13,236 nucleotides of DNA from Promethearchaeota archaeon (GTDB lineage Archaea; Asgardarchaeota; Lokiarchaeia; Sigyniarchaeales; SOKP01). Made by a program: the position numbers and the translations under genes. Under the pieces are notes generated by a model. That model made no database searches and had not been told where the DNA came from. It saw nothing but the letters and a program-made list of their open reading frames with translations. The stretch is taken from contig SHMW01000100.1 of the NCBI GenBank assembly GCA_008080735.1, forward strand, positions 1-13,236, in the 5' to 3' direction. Shown here in pieces: positions 1 to 8,005 of this stretch. The first letter of the stretch is position 1. Every line of letters starts with the position of its first letter.

Positions 1-267
1 TCTGAATTCTCTCTCAACAATGCCTTTGTGAACACTATAACAGAATTTAGGTAAATCTTCCATGCCCAAACTATTTTTAATCCTAAGTTTTAAGAGAAAG
101 CGTCGGCTACACATTGGAGTAAGTGTGCAAGCTATACGATCAACCTGGCACTCTTTGAAGCAGAGTTCATCGATTCTTTCAATGAGTAGATTAAGCAGTT
201 CTGAATTAAATCGCTCATTTACCGGGTTGCTGAGGAAGCTTAAGATATGCTTTTCTTCTAAGGGCAT
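1..267 (-). CDS. Cys-rich hypothetical protein, 5' part only (runs off the left edge; not in the ORF track)
   Basis: Manual translation from ATG at 267 is open to base 1 (89 codons): MPLEEKHILSFLSNPVNERFNSELLNLLIERIDELCFKECQVDRIACTLTPMCSRRFLLKLRIKNSLGMEDLPKFCYSVHKGIVEREFR. A TATA-like TTTATATA lies upstream at 303..296, followed by an AT-rich intergenic region. Confidence 0.85.
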   Translation of the reverse strand, partial: MPLEEKHILSFLSNPVNERFNSELLNLLIERIDELCFKECQVDRIACTLTPMCSRRFLLKLRIKNSLGMEDLPKFCYSVHKGIVEREFR

Positions 268-295
268 TGGGAGTTGATAGATACTATTAGTTTAA

Positions 296-303
296 TATAT
301 AAA
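296..303 (-). promoter_or_regulatory. Putative archaeal TATA box (TTTATATA) for the 267..1 gene
   Basis: Matches the TTTAWAWA consensus about 29 nt upstream of the ATG. The AT-rich background lowers specificity. Confidence 0.45.
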
Positions 304-527
304 TGTATAAAATCAAATAATTTTTATTGTTATTCTTTATTTCTCTAATCTGAGGTTATTTCACATTATTAGTTATTTGAAATTTAATTCTCATCTTATA
401 ACATATTGCTAAAATATTAAATAAATGATTAAGATTATCTAATCTGAATAATCATAAAAAATTATTAAAACCATTATTAGTATTATATTTTTAACTTATA
501 TTAAGAAGAAAATATAGATCATCAATT

Positions 528-2006
528 ATGCTTCGACAAACCCATATCCTTTATTCTGGTAAACGAGTGTTTACTCATACATTTGCGATGGCCCTAAGAG
601 ATGAAGATCTAAAAAATGTGATCGGAGCCTTACAGCCACAGATCAATATGCCTATTCCTGGCAAAATCCTTCATCGACCTATTTCTGAACAACAAGTTTT
701 CCATTGCGGCTATGGGGATTTTTATTTTCTCATGGTTGCTGATATGGTGGATTCAATTAAATATATGGAAGAAATTCTTGAAAAAGCAATAAAAAAATTT
801 AAAGAATTATTTCCTGACATAGGTACACTGCAGAATTCTGATTCCAAACGAAAACACTTTATCGATTTTTTATATAAGCTTCAAGCAGAATTACATTCAA
901 AAATAGCAATAATAGGGCCAACCAACGCGGGAAAGACCACCTTATATGAAATGCTAACCAATAAAAAAGAAGAACGAAGCATAATGAATTTTGCAAAAGC
1001 TTCTCTACTAAATCTCTATGATTTACAGTTTGATGTGTGGGATTTCCAATTAAAAGATAATTTCTCACTCTTGTGGTCGAAATTTGTAAGCGGATCTGAT
1101 CTTGTCATTTTCATATTCGATGCCTCTAAATATAATTTGAAAGTACTTGATCAATTTCTCACTCTTAAAAGAAAAGAAAGTCAACTTTCCAAATTCATTA
1201 TCATTGCCAATAAAATTGATTTAATTGATGATGAGACTATTGAAAAAATTGAAAATGAATTAGAAATAGAGAACATTGAAAAATTATCTTTAGAGGATTC
1301 AAAGGCAAAACAAACCATACTTGAACTAATTAGTAAAGCACTTCAACTTAAGAAAAAGTTGCCTAACAATTTCGATGATTTAAGAGCTGAAGCTGAAAAT
1401 CTTTATGAAGAAAAGAATTTGGGGAAAGCTTTGGCAAAGTATAAAGAATTGATAAATATCTCAAATTCATATCAACATTTTGAATATTTAAAAGAATTTA
1501 AAGAGACAGCGAAGCAAATAGAAAATAGAATTCAAGAGCGAGCGGAGATTCGCAGAAAAATTCAGAGGAAAAAGAAATTTGCCCCACCCCAAAAAATTAA
1601 GTTCACTAAAAAAATTCAAGTGAAAGACCTTCCAAAAAATCATATTTCGTCAAAAACAATTGAAGCTGAAAATCATAAAGAGCACAAAGACAATTCTACC
1701 CAGAAAAGAAGACTTCGACCGTCAGATGTAAAGATAGATTTAAAATTTAATAATAACCCAGACTTAAAAAAGGAAGAAAGTCAACCCAAGAAACCGCATC
1801 CTGAAGAGAACTATGAAAGTATTGACGATGTTGAAGATATCCCCCAGTTATTGCATGATATGATTAAAAGTAGAGGAAGTCAGCTTAGTTTAAAATTGTG
1901 TATCCAATATATTAACGAGATGGAATCATCTCTTAAAAGAGAGCTTAATCTGGAAGATTTAAAAACTGCCGCAGATTATTTCATCAAGCAAGAAATTTCA
2001 AGATAA
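528..2006 (+). CDS. Multidomain Ras-superfamily (Arf/Rab-like) GTPase: N-terminal longin-like domain, G domain, MIT/TPR-like helices, basic/low-complexity linker, small C-terminal helical domain
   Basis: G1 GPTNAGKTT (915-941), G3-position WDFQL (1038-1052), LVIFIFDAS strand, G4 NKID (1209-1220). The first ~120 aa show the longin-type beta-beta-alpha-beta-beta-beta-alpha-alpha pattern. Helical segment FDDLRAEAENLYEEKNLGKALAKYKELI resembles MIT/TPR. Confidence 0.85.
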   Translation: MLRQTHILYSGKRVFTHTFAMALRDEDLKNVIGALQPQINMPIPGKILHRPISEQQVFHCGYGDFYFLMVADMVDSIKYMEEILEKAIKKFKELFPDIGTLQNSDSKRKHFIDFLYKLQAELHSKIAIIGPTNAGKTTLYEMLTNKKEERSIMNFAKASLLNLYDLQFDVWDFQLKDNFSLLWSKFVSGSDLVIFIFDASKYNLKVLDQFLTLKRKESQLSKFIIIANKIDLIDDETIEKIENELEIENIEKLSLEDSKAKQTILELISKALQLKKKLPNNFDDLRAEAENLYEEKNLGKALAKYKELINISNSYQHFEYLKEFKETAKQIENRIQERAEIRRKIQRKKKFAPPQKIKFTKKIQVKDLPKNHISSKTIEAENHKEHKDNSTQKRRLRPSDVKIDLKFNNNPDLKKEESQPKKPHPEENYESIDDVEDIPQLLHDMIKSRGSQLSLKLCIQYINEMESSLKRELNLEDLKTAADYFIKQEISR

Positions 2007-2028
2007 AGGTAATTGATGTGAGAATATA

Positions 2029-2844
2029 TTGAATATATGTCTAATTTTTTTTTCTGCGACAAATAATACTAAAACTATAGGGGAAGTTATTACGCGAGAA
2101 ATCGAGAAAAATAGTAGATCTGTGAATCTATTATTAATTGATATCACTCCCTATTCTGTCCGCAATCAGAAAGTCAATTTAAAACAATGTGAGAAATTCA
2201 TTTTTGGATTTCCTGTATATGGATGGAGGGCACCAAGCGTTGTGAGAGAATGGCTGAAAACTCTGGAGGGGAAGGGGAGAGAATGTGCTATGTTCTTTAC
2301 TTATGGGGGGATAAATTCTGGCGTGGTTCATTATGATACGTATCAAATCTTAGAAGAAAATGGTTTTAAAGTACTTTCTTCAGCAGAATTTATCGCAAGC
2401 CATACTTATAATTTAGGTGGATGGAATGTCTTGGAAAATAGACCTAATGATGAGGATTTTAAGATAGCTCGCCAATATGCCCAATCGATTTTAAAAAAGT
2501 TCCAGGAATCAGATTTACATTCCTTTCAGATTAAGCCACATGAATATTCAGATAAAACTTTAAAACGCATCGAAAATAATCCAAAAAGAATGGTGAACCC
2601 CCCGAGATGGGCTGCAGAATGCGATGTATGTGGGCTATGTGATAATTTATGCCCCACGAATGCAATTGATGCTGAAAATCAGATAATAAATGAGGAAAAA
2701 TGTATTCGGTGTTTTAGTTGCGTATTAAACTGCCCTGAATCGGTTTTAGAAGTAGATGATTTAACTCGACTATATAAAATGGCATTAAAAGTAGAACATT
2801 TACTAGAAAAAGAAATCAATAACCGCAAAAGTAAAATCTTATGA
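2029..2844 (+). CDS. Flavodoxin-like domain fused to a 2x[4Fe-4S] ferredoxin (EFR1-family-like)
   Basis: N-terminal FFSATNNT loop, GFPVYGW and FFTYGG flavodoxin motifs. C-terminal CDVCGLCDNLCP and CIRCFSCVLNCP. TTG start. Confidence 0.9.
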   Translation: MNICLIFFSATNNTKTIGEVITREIEKNSRSVNLLLIDITPYSVRNQKVNLKQCEKFIFGFPVYGWRAPSVVREWLKTLEGKGRECAMFFTYGGINSGVVHYDTYQILEENGFKVLSSAEFIASHTYNLGGWNVLENRPNDEDFKIARQYAQSILKKFQESDLHSFQIKPHEYSDKTLKRIENNPKRMVNPPRWAAECDVCGLCDNLCPTNAIDAENQIINEEKCIRCFSCVLNCPESVLEVDDLTRLYKMALKVEHLLEKEINNRKSKIL

Positions 2845-2870
2845 AGAGTTTTCCAAGATAATATATATTC

Positions 2871-2890
2871 ATTTATATCATGAAATAAAT
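2871..2890. promoter_or_regulatory. 20-bp near-perfect palindrome directly upstream of the carboxypeptidase gene (possible operator)
   Basis: ATTTATATCA|TGAAATAAAT: 9 of 10 positions pair, and it ends 9 nt before the ATG at 2900. Confidence 0.35.
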
Positions 2891-2899
2891 TATATTCTG

Positions 2900-4393
2900 A
2901 TGTCGCAAATTAAAGAACTCATAATTCATTTTTCGAAACTTAAACAGCTGAAATACATAAACAATCTTTTAAATTGGGACCTTCAAGTTTATATGCCCGA
3001 TGGCTCAAATAAGGGACGCGCTGAATTAATCTCTCTGGTTGGAGAATTGGTTCATAAAAAGTTAATATCAAATAAAACTGAAACCTTAATTTCGGAAGCG
3101 GAACAAAAAAAAGATTTAAGTCTAATCGATGCGGCTATTCTTAGAGAAGCTAAAAGGGAATATCAAAAAGCGATAAAGATCCCCACAGATTTAGTAGTAG
3201 AGATCGCAAAAAATGCCTCCTTAGGTCATAAGGCTTGGGAGAAAGCGCGAAAAAAAAGTGACTTTTCTATTTTTAGACCATACCTTACAAAAATGATTGA
3301 TCTTCAAAAGCAATACGCTGACCTGATTAATATCGGAGAGAATCGATATGATTCCTTATTGGATGATTATGAACCTGGCGCAACTAAGAAATGGCTTTCC
3401 TCGCTTTTTAATAACCTTGCTCCCCAGCTACAGACTATTTTAAAAAAATTGGAAACTTCAGGGGAAGAGCCAGATTCATCCATACTAGAAAATGTATATG
3501 ATGCAAAAAAACAATGGGAATTTTCCAATAGTGTGATTGAAAAGCTTGGATTTGATTTTTCTATAGGAAGGCAAGATAAATCTGTCCACCCATTCACCAC
3601 TGCCGTAGCTTCTGAAGATGTGAGAATAACCACACGGATTATTGAAAACTTTTTGCCGGCAGGATTATTTGGTACGATTCATGAATGCGGACATGCGCTA
3701 TATGATATGGGGTTTATGGAGGAAATTCACGGCACTAATTTAGCAGACGGAAGTTCTTTGGGAATACACGAATCGCAATCACGCATGTATGAAAATTTTG
3801 TTGGGAGAAGTAAGGAATTTTGGAAGTATTGGTATCCACGATTAAAGAATCTTTTTCCTGAAAATTTAGGAGATGTTGCTCTGAATCACTTTTATAAGGC
3901 GATAAATACCGTGAAACCTTCATTGATAAGGGTCGAGGCTGATGAAATCACCTATTCTTTGCATATAATATTACGTTTTGAAATAGAATCCTTGATTTTT
4001 GAAGATCTAATAGAAGTGGAAGAATTGCCTCAAGTCTGGGATGAAAAAATGACTGAATTACTTAATATAACACCTCCAAATGATGCGAAAGGAATTCTAC
4101 AAGATGTCCACTGGTCTGGAGGGGCGTTTGGGTATTTTCCTACTTATACGCTTGGGAATCTCTATGCCGCTCAGATTTACAATGACGCTTTAACTAAAAA
4201 TCCAAATATGCCTTTTGAGTTTACTTCAGGAAATTTTAATACCCTTTTACAATATCTAAGAGAGAATGTCCATCAATATGGGAGTATATTTCATCCCCGG
4301 GATCTTATTCATAAGATTACGGGAGAAGCCTTAAACCCAGAGTATTTCATAACCTATTTGGAGGAGAAATTTTATCCAATTTATAGAGTATAA
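2900..4393 (+). CDS. Metallocarboxypeptidase, family M32 (carboxypeptidase Taq/PfuCP-like)
   Basis: HECGH (HEXXH), HPF, DVRITT, HESQS, IRVEADE, QDVHWS, GYFPTYTLG. Length ~500 aa is typical of the family. Confidence 0.97.
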   Translation: MSQIKELIIHFSKLKQLKYINNLLNWDLQVYMPDGSNKGRAELISLVGELVHKKLISNKTETLISEAEQKKDLSLIDAAILREAKREYQKAIKIPTDLVVEIAKNASLGHKAWEKARKKSDFSIFRPYLTKMIDLQKQYADLINIGENRYDSLLDDYEPGATKKWLSSLFNNLAPQLQTILKKLETSGEEPDSSILENVYDAKKQWEFSNSVIEKLGFDFSIGRQDKSVHPFTTAVASEDVRITTRIIENFLPAGLFGTIHECGHALYDMGFMEEIHGTNLADGSSLGIHESQSRMYENFVGRSKEFWKYWYPRLKNLFPENLGDVALNHFYKAINTVKPSLIRVEADEITYSLHIILRFEIESLIFEDLIEVEELPQVWDEKMTELLNITPPNDAKGILQDVHWSGGAFGYFPTYTLGNLYAAQIYNDALTKNPNMPFEFTSGNFNTLLQYLRENVHQYGSIFHPRDLIHKITGEALNPEYFITYLEEKFYPIYRV

Positions 4394-4414
4394 ACAAAGG
4401 ATAAATTGGACATA

Positions 4415-5821
4415 TCACCAAATTGGGTCAAGTGTCCATAGATCTAACTTTTGAATTTCTATTTCTCCAGCGTCGCTGAAAATGCTAGCTCTAAACCCAT
4501 TTTTATTTCTAAGGTAAATTCTGCTCGAGATGCAAAATTTATTATTTAGATAAATCTCGAAAACGGAATGATCGATGAATATATGGAAATTTATTATAGA
4601 TGAATATGATAATAGATCTATCTGTGCCTTTTCCTTGCCCACCCAAAATCGTTTCTCATCTCTATCATAACCAAAAGAATACCCTTTATCAATTTTTTCT
4701 TGAGAATTTAGACAAATACCAAATCTATTCGAAGATCCTACATCTATTTCTCCCTTGATCTCTATTGCGGATACATAATTTTCTTCTGGAAATAAACATT
4801 GGATGTTATTGATTGACTGATTTGTTAGCTGATAATGCTGATTTCGAAGTCTTTTTAATTCTGGTAAAGGCTCAATAGCCAATTCTTCATTTGGATCAAG
4901 GAAGAGTACTCTTGGCAAGCTTAAGCAACCATTCCATCCAGAAATATCTCCTCCCCCCTTAATCCAACCCAAAAGAATTATTCTCTCCTTTTCCTGGTCT
5001 TCAAGTATATTGGTCGCATAATAACATTTACCATAATCGAGAATGTTCCATTTTTCCGGCTTAAACTCTCTATTTTCATATTCTCCTATAGAATAAATCA
5101 CTCGACCATGTGGGGAAACTATAAGCATATGTCGATTCCCAAGTTTGAAAAAGTTTGGACATTCCCAATTTCTACCACGTTTCTTCGAGCCAATAATAAG
5201 AGGATGGAGAAATTTCCAATCGTATAAATTTTCAGACATATATAACAATACAACCGGTCTAGTGGGAGATACTAGGTGACCTCCCAATACAGCATACCAA
5301 GAATCACCTTCTTTCCAGAGAAACGGATCTCGCCAATCCTTAACCTCAAGATCTTCATGGATTGCCAAGCTCATTACAGGATTTTCGTTTGCTTGGCTAA
5401 ATTTAGTCATTGTTTCATTTCCTATAGCAATCCATTGTTCTGCTCCATCTTTGGGTAATTTATCAGGTCCAATACTAGTATATATTATTATAGGTGTTCC
5501 TTCTTCATTAATAATACAGTCTCCTGAAAAACAATGAGTTTCAGATCTTTCACTGCAAGGTTTCAATGCGATAGGAAGATGCTTCCAATAAACTAAATCT
5601 TTTGATATAGCGTGCCCCCAATGAATATTCCCCCATGTATCTTCAAAGGGATTAAACTGATAAAATAAATGATATGTTCCATTATAAAAAATAGGGCCAT
5701 TGGGATCGTTCATCCAATACGCAAGAGGGAGAAAATGGTAGACAGGTCTTTGAGGGTCTTGTTGAACTTTAGAATTAATTTCTCTTAAATTTTTTTGGAT
5801 ATTTATCGATCGATTATTCAT
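4415..5821 (-). CDS. Glycoside hydrolase family 32 (beta-fructofuranosidase / sucrose-6-phosphate hydrolase-like), cytoplasmic
   Basis: Catalytic motifs WMNDPNG, WRDP, WECP, plus WGHAIS, FSG, LSLPR and a C-terminal beta-sandwich (IFIDHSVFEIY). No signal peptide. Confidence 0.96.
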   Translation of the reverse strand: MNNRSINIQKNLREINSKVQQDPQRPVYHFLPLAYWMNDPNGPIFYNGTYHLFYQFNPFEDTWGNIHWGHAISKDLVYWKHLPIALKPCSERSETHCFSGDCIINEEGTPIIIYTSIGPDKLPKDGAEQWIAIGNETMTKFSQANENPVMSLAIHEDLEVKDWRDPFLWKEGDSWYAVLGGHLVSPTRPVVLLYMSENLYDWKFLHPLIIGSKKRGRNWECPNFFKLGNRHMLIVSPHGRVIYSIGEYENREFKPEKWNILDYGKCYYATNILEDQEKERIILLGWIKGGGDISGWNGCLSLPRVLFLDPNEELAIEPLPELKRLRNQHYQLTNQSINNIQCLFPEENYVSAIEIKGEIDVGSSNRFGICLNSQEKIDKGYSFGYDRDEKRFWVGKEKAQIDLLSYSSIINFHIFIDHSVFEIYLNNKFCISSRIYLRNKNGFRASIFSDAGEIEIQKLDLWTLDPIW

Positions 5822-6118
5822 TTAACAAAATGTTTATACTATTTTTTTCTATTATTTAATTCAAATATGATATTCTTAAAAATATTGGCTAATCCAGCTA
5901 ATTAAAAAGTTTGAAACATGAATAGACTTCTTTCTTAGTTGGTAAAATTTGGTTTTGAGCTAAGATCTAGTAATAATTTCCAAATTATTATTAAAAATCC
6001 TTATATGAATTTGTGTGTAAAAATATGAGAAGATCTTTATCGAAGAGTATAATAGCGATGTTATTTTTTAAATTTAACTAAAAGTGAACCTTTAAAAACG
6101 AGTGGTAAGATTATAAAT

Positions 6119-6757
6119 GTGATAAGTGTGACTGCCCTTGAAAGTGTTAAAAAAGTCAATATTATTTGTCCCTATTGTAAGCATAATTTCCAAAAGGACA
6201 TAGAGGGAGGCAATAATTCAACAAAACTGTTATCAATCCTCATAAAAGACCATCCGAATAGTCAAGATTGCGGTCCTTTTATTGCATTTATCGATAAAAA
6301 TGGTTCTCATCGCGGCTCTCAAAAGATTGACAATGTGGATGAGGTCGATTCGGAAAAAAGTAAGGTGATCGAGGACGCGAGGAGCCGAATTGAAGAGATG
6401 GATGATAAACTACGATTTTATCATCTTAAAATTCCCCCAGAAAAGGGAAGGGCATTCGATCATAAAGTAGCTAAAGTAAGCGATCGTTCTTTTATGAGCA
6501 GTGCGTTCTATATGTATCTTATACAATATTTATTGAATTGCGAAGCTGAAAGCACTTTTGGTATGATTTGCTTGAATGATCATAAGGATCTTGATGGAAT
6601 TTTGGTGTATGGTAAATATTTAGGAATCCTCTATACGATGTATTGGAAGGATCAAATCTCCATTAAGCAAAAATCCTGGGATGATCTCAAAGGATATACG
6701 AATCTAGCAGTAGAAAAGCTGCTAGACTTTTACGATTTAATCGATTTATTATTTTAA
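6119..6757 (+). CDS. Hypothetical protein with an N-terminal Zn-finger-like motif and a C-terminal alpha/beta domain (possibly longin/roadblock-like)
   Basis: CPYC...H..SQDC...FIDKNGSHRG at the N-terminus, a helical linker, then a mixed alpha/beta domain. GTG start at 6119 (alternative GTG at 6128). Confidence 0.75.
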   Translation: MISVTALESVKKVNIICPYCKHNFQKDIEGGNNSTKLLSILIKDHPNSQDCGPFIAFIDKNGSHRGSQKIDNVDEVDSEKSKVIEDARSRIEEMDDKLRFYHLKIPPEKGRAFDHKVAKVSDRSFMSSAFYMYLIQYLLNCEAESTFGMICLNDHKDLDGILVYGKYLGILYTMYWKDQISIKQKSWDDLKGYTNLAVEKLLDFYDLIDLLF

Positions 6758-6802
6758 ATGCTTTCTAATATAACATTTTTCTAGCTTTTCTTGGGAGAGA
6801 TT

Positions 6803-6813
6803 TTTAATATATA
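6803..6813 (+). promoter_or_regulatory. Putative TATA box for the methionine synthase gene (short or leaderless transcript)
   Basis: TTTAATATATA about 20-30 nt upstream of ATG 6834, with no obvious Shine-Dalgarno. Confidence 0.4.
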
Positions 6814-6833
6814 TCAAGTTATCCTAATAAATA

Positions 6834-7895
6834 ATGGTTGATTCGATTGATTATCCAATTATTGATGATATTGGAAGTATCCCCCTTCCCGCGTATGCCA
6901 GGGAAGAAGATTTCAAAGAGATGTATTGGGATCTTTACAAAGCGGTAATCAGCGGAGCTAACTGGGATGAACTTATGCTCCATCGAGGATTTAAGTCCAC
7001 AATTATTCGACCTATAATCGATTCTTTTCAACTTAAAATTAACTGCGGTATCGAAATTCCCACATATTCAAGACATTGGGATATGCATACTCCATTTCTT
7101 TTTCCAATAGAAAATTACGCCATCCAGCCATACCATATTGACAATACGAAAGCAAGAATAATAGAGGTCGACATACTAAGAGAATATGCAAAACATCATT
7201 TTGAGGAGACAGGCATAAAGACTCAATGCAGAGTGAGTGTGACGGGTGCGCTGGAATTATATTTGAAATTAAAAGGATTTGCAGTTTATAAGGACATCGC
7301 TCTCAATTTAGCGCGAAGTATAAACTCGTTCTTTAAGAAAGCAATTTATTCTGATAGATATTTTGAAACTCCTGTAATAGCTATCGATGAGCCTTCAATA
7401 GGGATTATTACTTTTAATCTTATATCAGATGATGATATTGTAGATATATTGGAAAAAGAATCATCAGGATTAAATCAGGAAATTCAAATACATCTACATT
7501 CACTTGCCAAAAGCGAAATTGCCTTAAATTGTAAGAACATTGATGTGTTGACTTGTGAATACGCCAGTAGAACCGATCAGAAAATCCCTAAAAAGATATT
7601 AGAGAAATACGATAAGTTTATGCGAGTTGGCATAACGCGCACCAATATTTCAAATTTAATAGCCGACCAAATTGAGGTCGGTATTCCTCCAAAACACTTC
7701 GCAAACGACGAGGGACTTATCTCTATTATAGACTCAAAAAATAGAATAAAAAAAAGATATAAAGAAGCGATAAAATATTATGGGGATAGATTAAGATATG
7801 TGGGTCCGGATTGTGGACTGATTGGATGGCAGAGTCATAAGGTTGTCTCAGCATTATTGAGTAGAACTGTTTCTGCTGTTAAAGAATTGAGATAA
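6834..7895 (+). CDS. mesC: Single-barrel (core MetE-like) folate-independent methionine synthase, MesC-type
   Basis: DDIGSIPLP, IDEPSIG, IQIHLHS (His-x-His at the MetE His-x-Cys Zn site), CEYA, RVGITRTNI, VGPDCGL. 353 aa is half the length of MetE. The motif set matches my recollection of Methanosarcinales-type MesC, so the subfamily is less certain than the fold. Confidence 0.8.
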   Translation: MVDSIDYPIIDDIGSIPLPAYAREEDFKEMYWDLYKAVISGANWDELMLHRGFKSTIIRPIIDSFQLKINCGIEIPTYSRHWDMHTPFLFPIENYAIQPYHIDNTKARIIEVDILREYAKHHFEETGIKTQCRVSVTGALELYLKLKGFAVYKDIALNLARSINSFFKKAIYSDRYFETPVIAIDEPSIGIITFNLISDDDIVDILEKESSGLNQEIQIHLHSLAKSEIALNCKNIDVLTCEYASRTDQKIPKKILEKYDKFMRVGITRTNISNLIADQIEVGIPPKHFANDEGLISIIDSKNRIKKRYKEAIKYYGDRLRYVGPDCGLIGWQSHKVVSALLSRTVSAVKELR

Positions 7896-7970
7896 ATACA
7901 AATTCTTAGAATTTTAGGGAATTAGCTTAATACCAAAATAATTCATTTTAATAAGAAAATAATAAAGTAG

Positions 7971-7977
7971 AAAAAAA
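7971..7977 (-). terminator. Putative oligo-T terminator downstream of the thiolase
   Basis: T7 on the minus strand about 30 nt after the stop at 8006, in a convergent intergenic gap. Confidence 0.4.
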
Positions 7978-8005
7978 TAATTAAAAGTAATAATTTTAGA
8001 GCAAG

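Noticed and set aside
62-277. 71-aa plus-strand ORF
   Set aside because: Ser-rich antisense shadow of the more protein-like minus-strand CDS 267..1.
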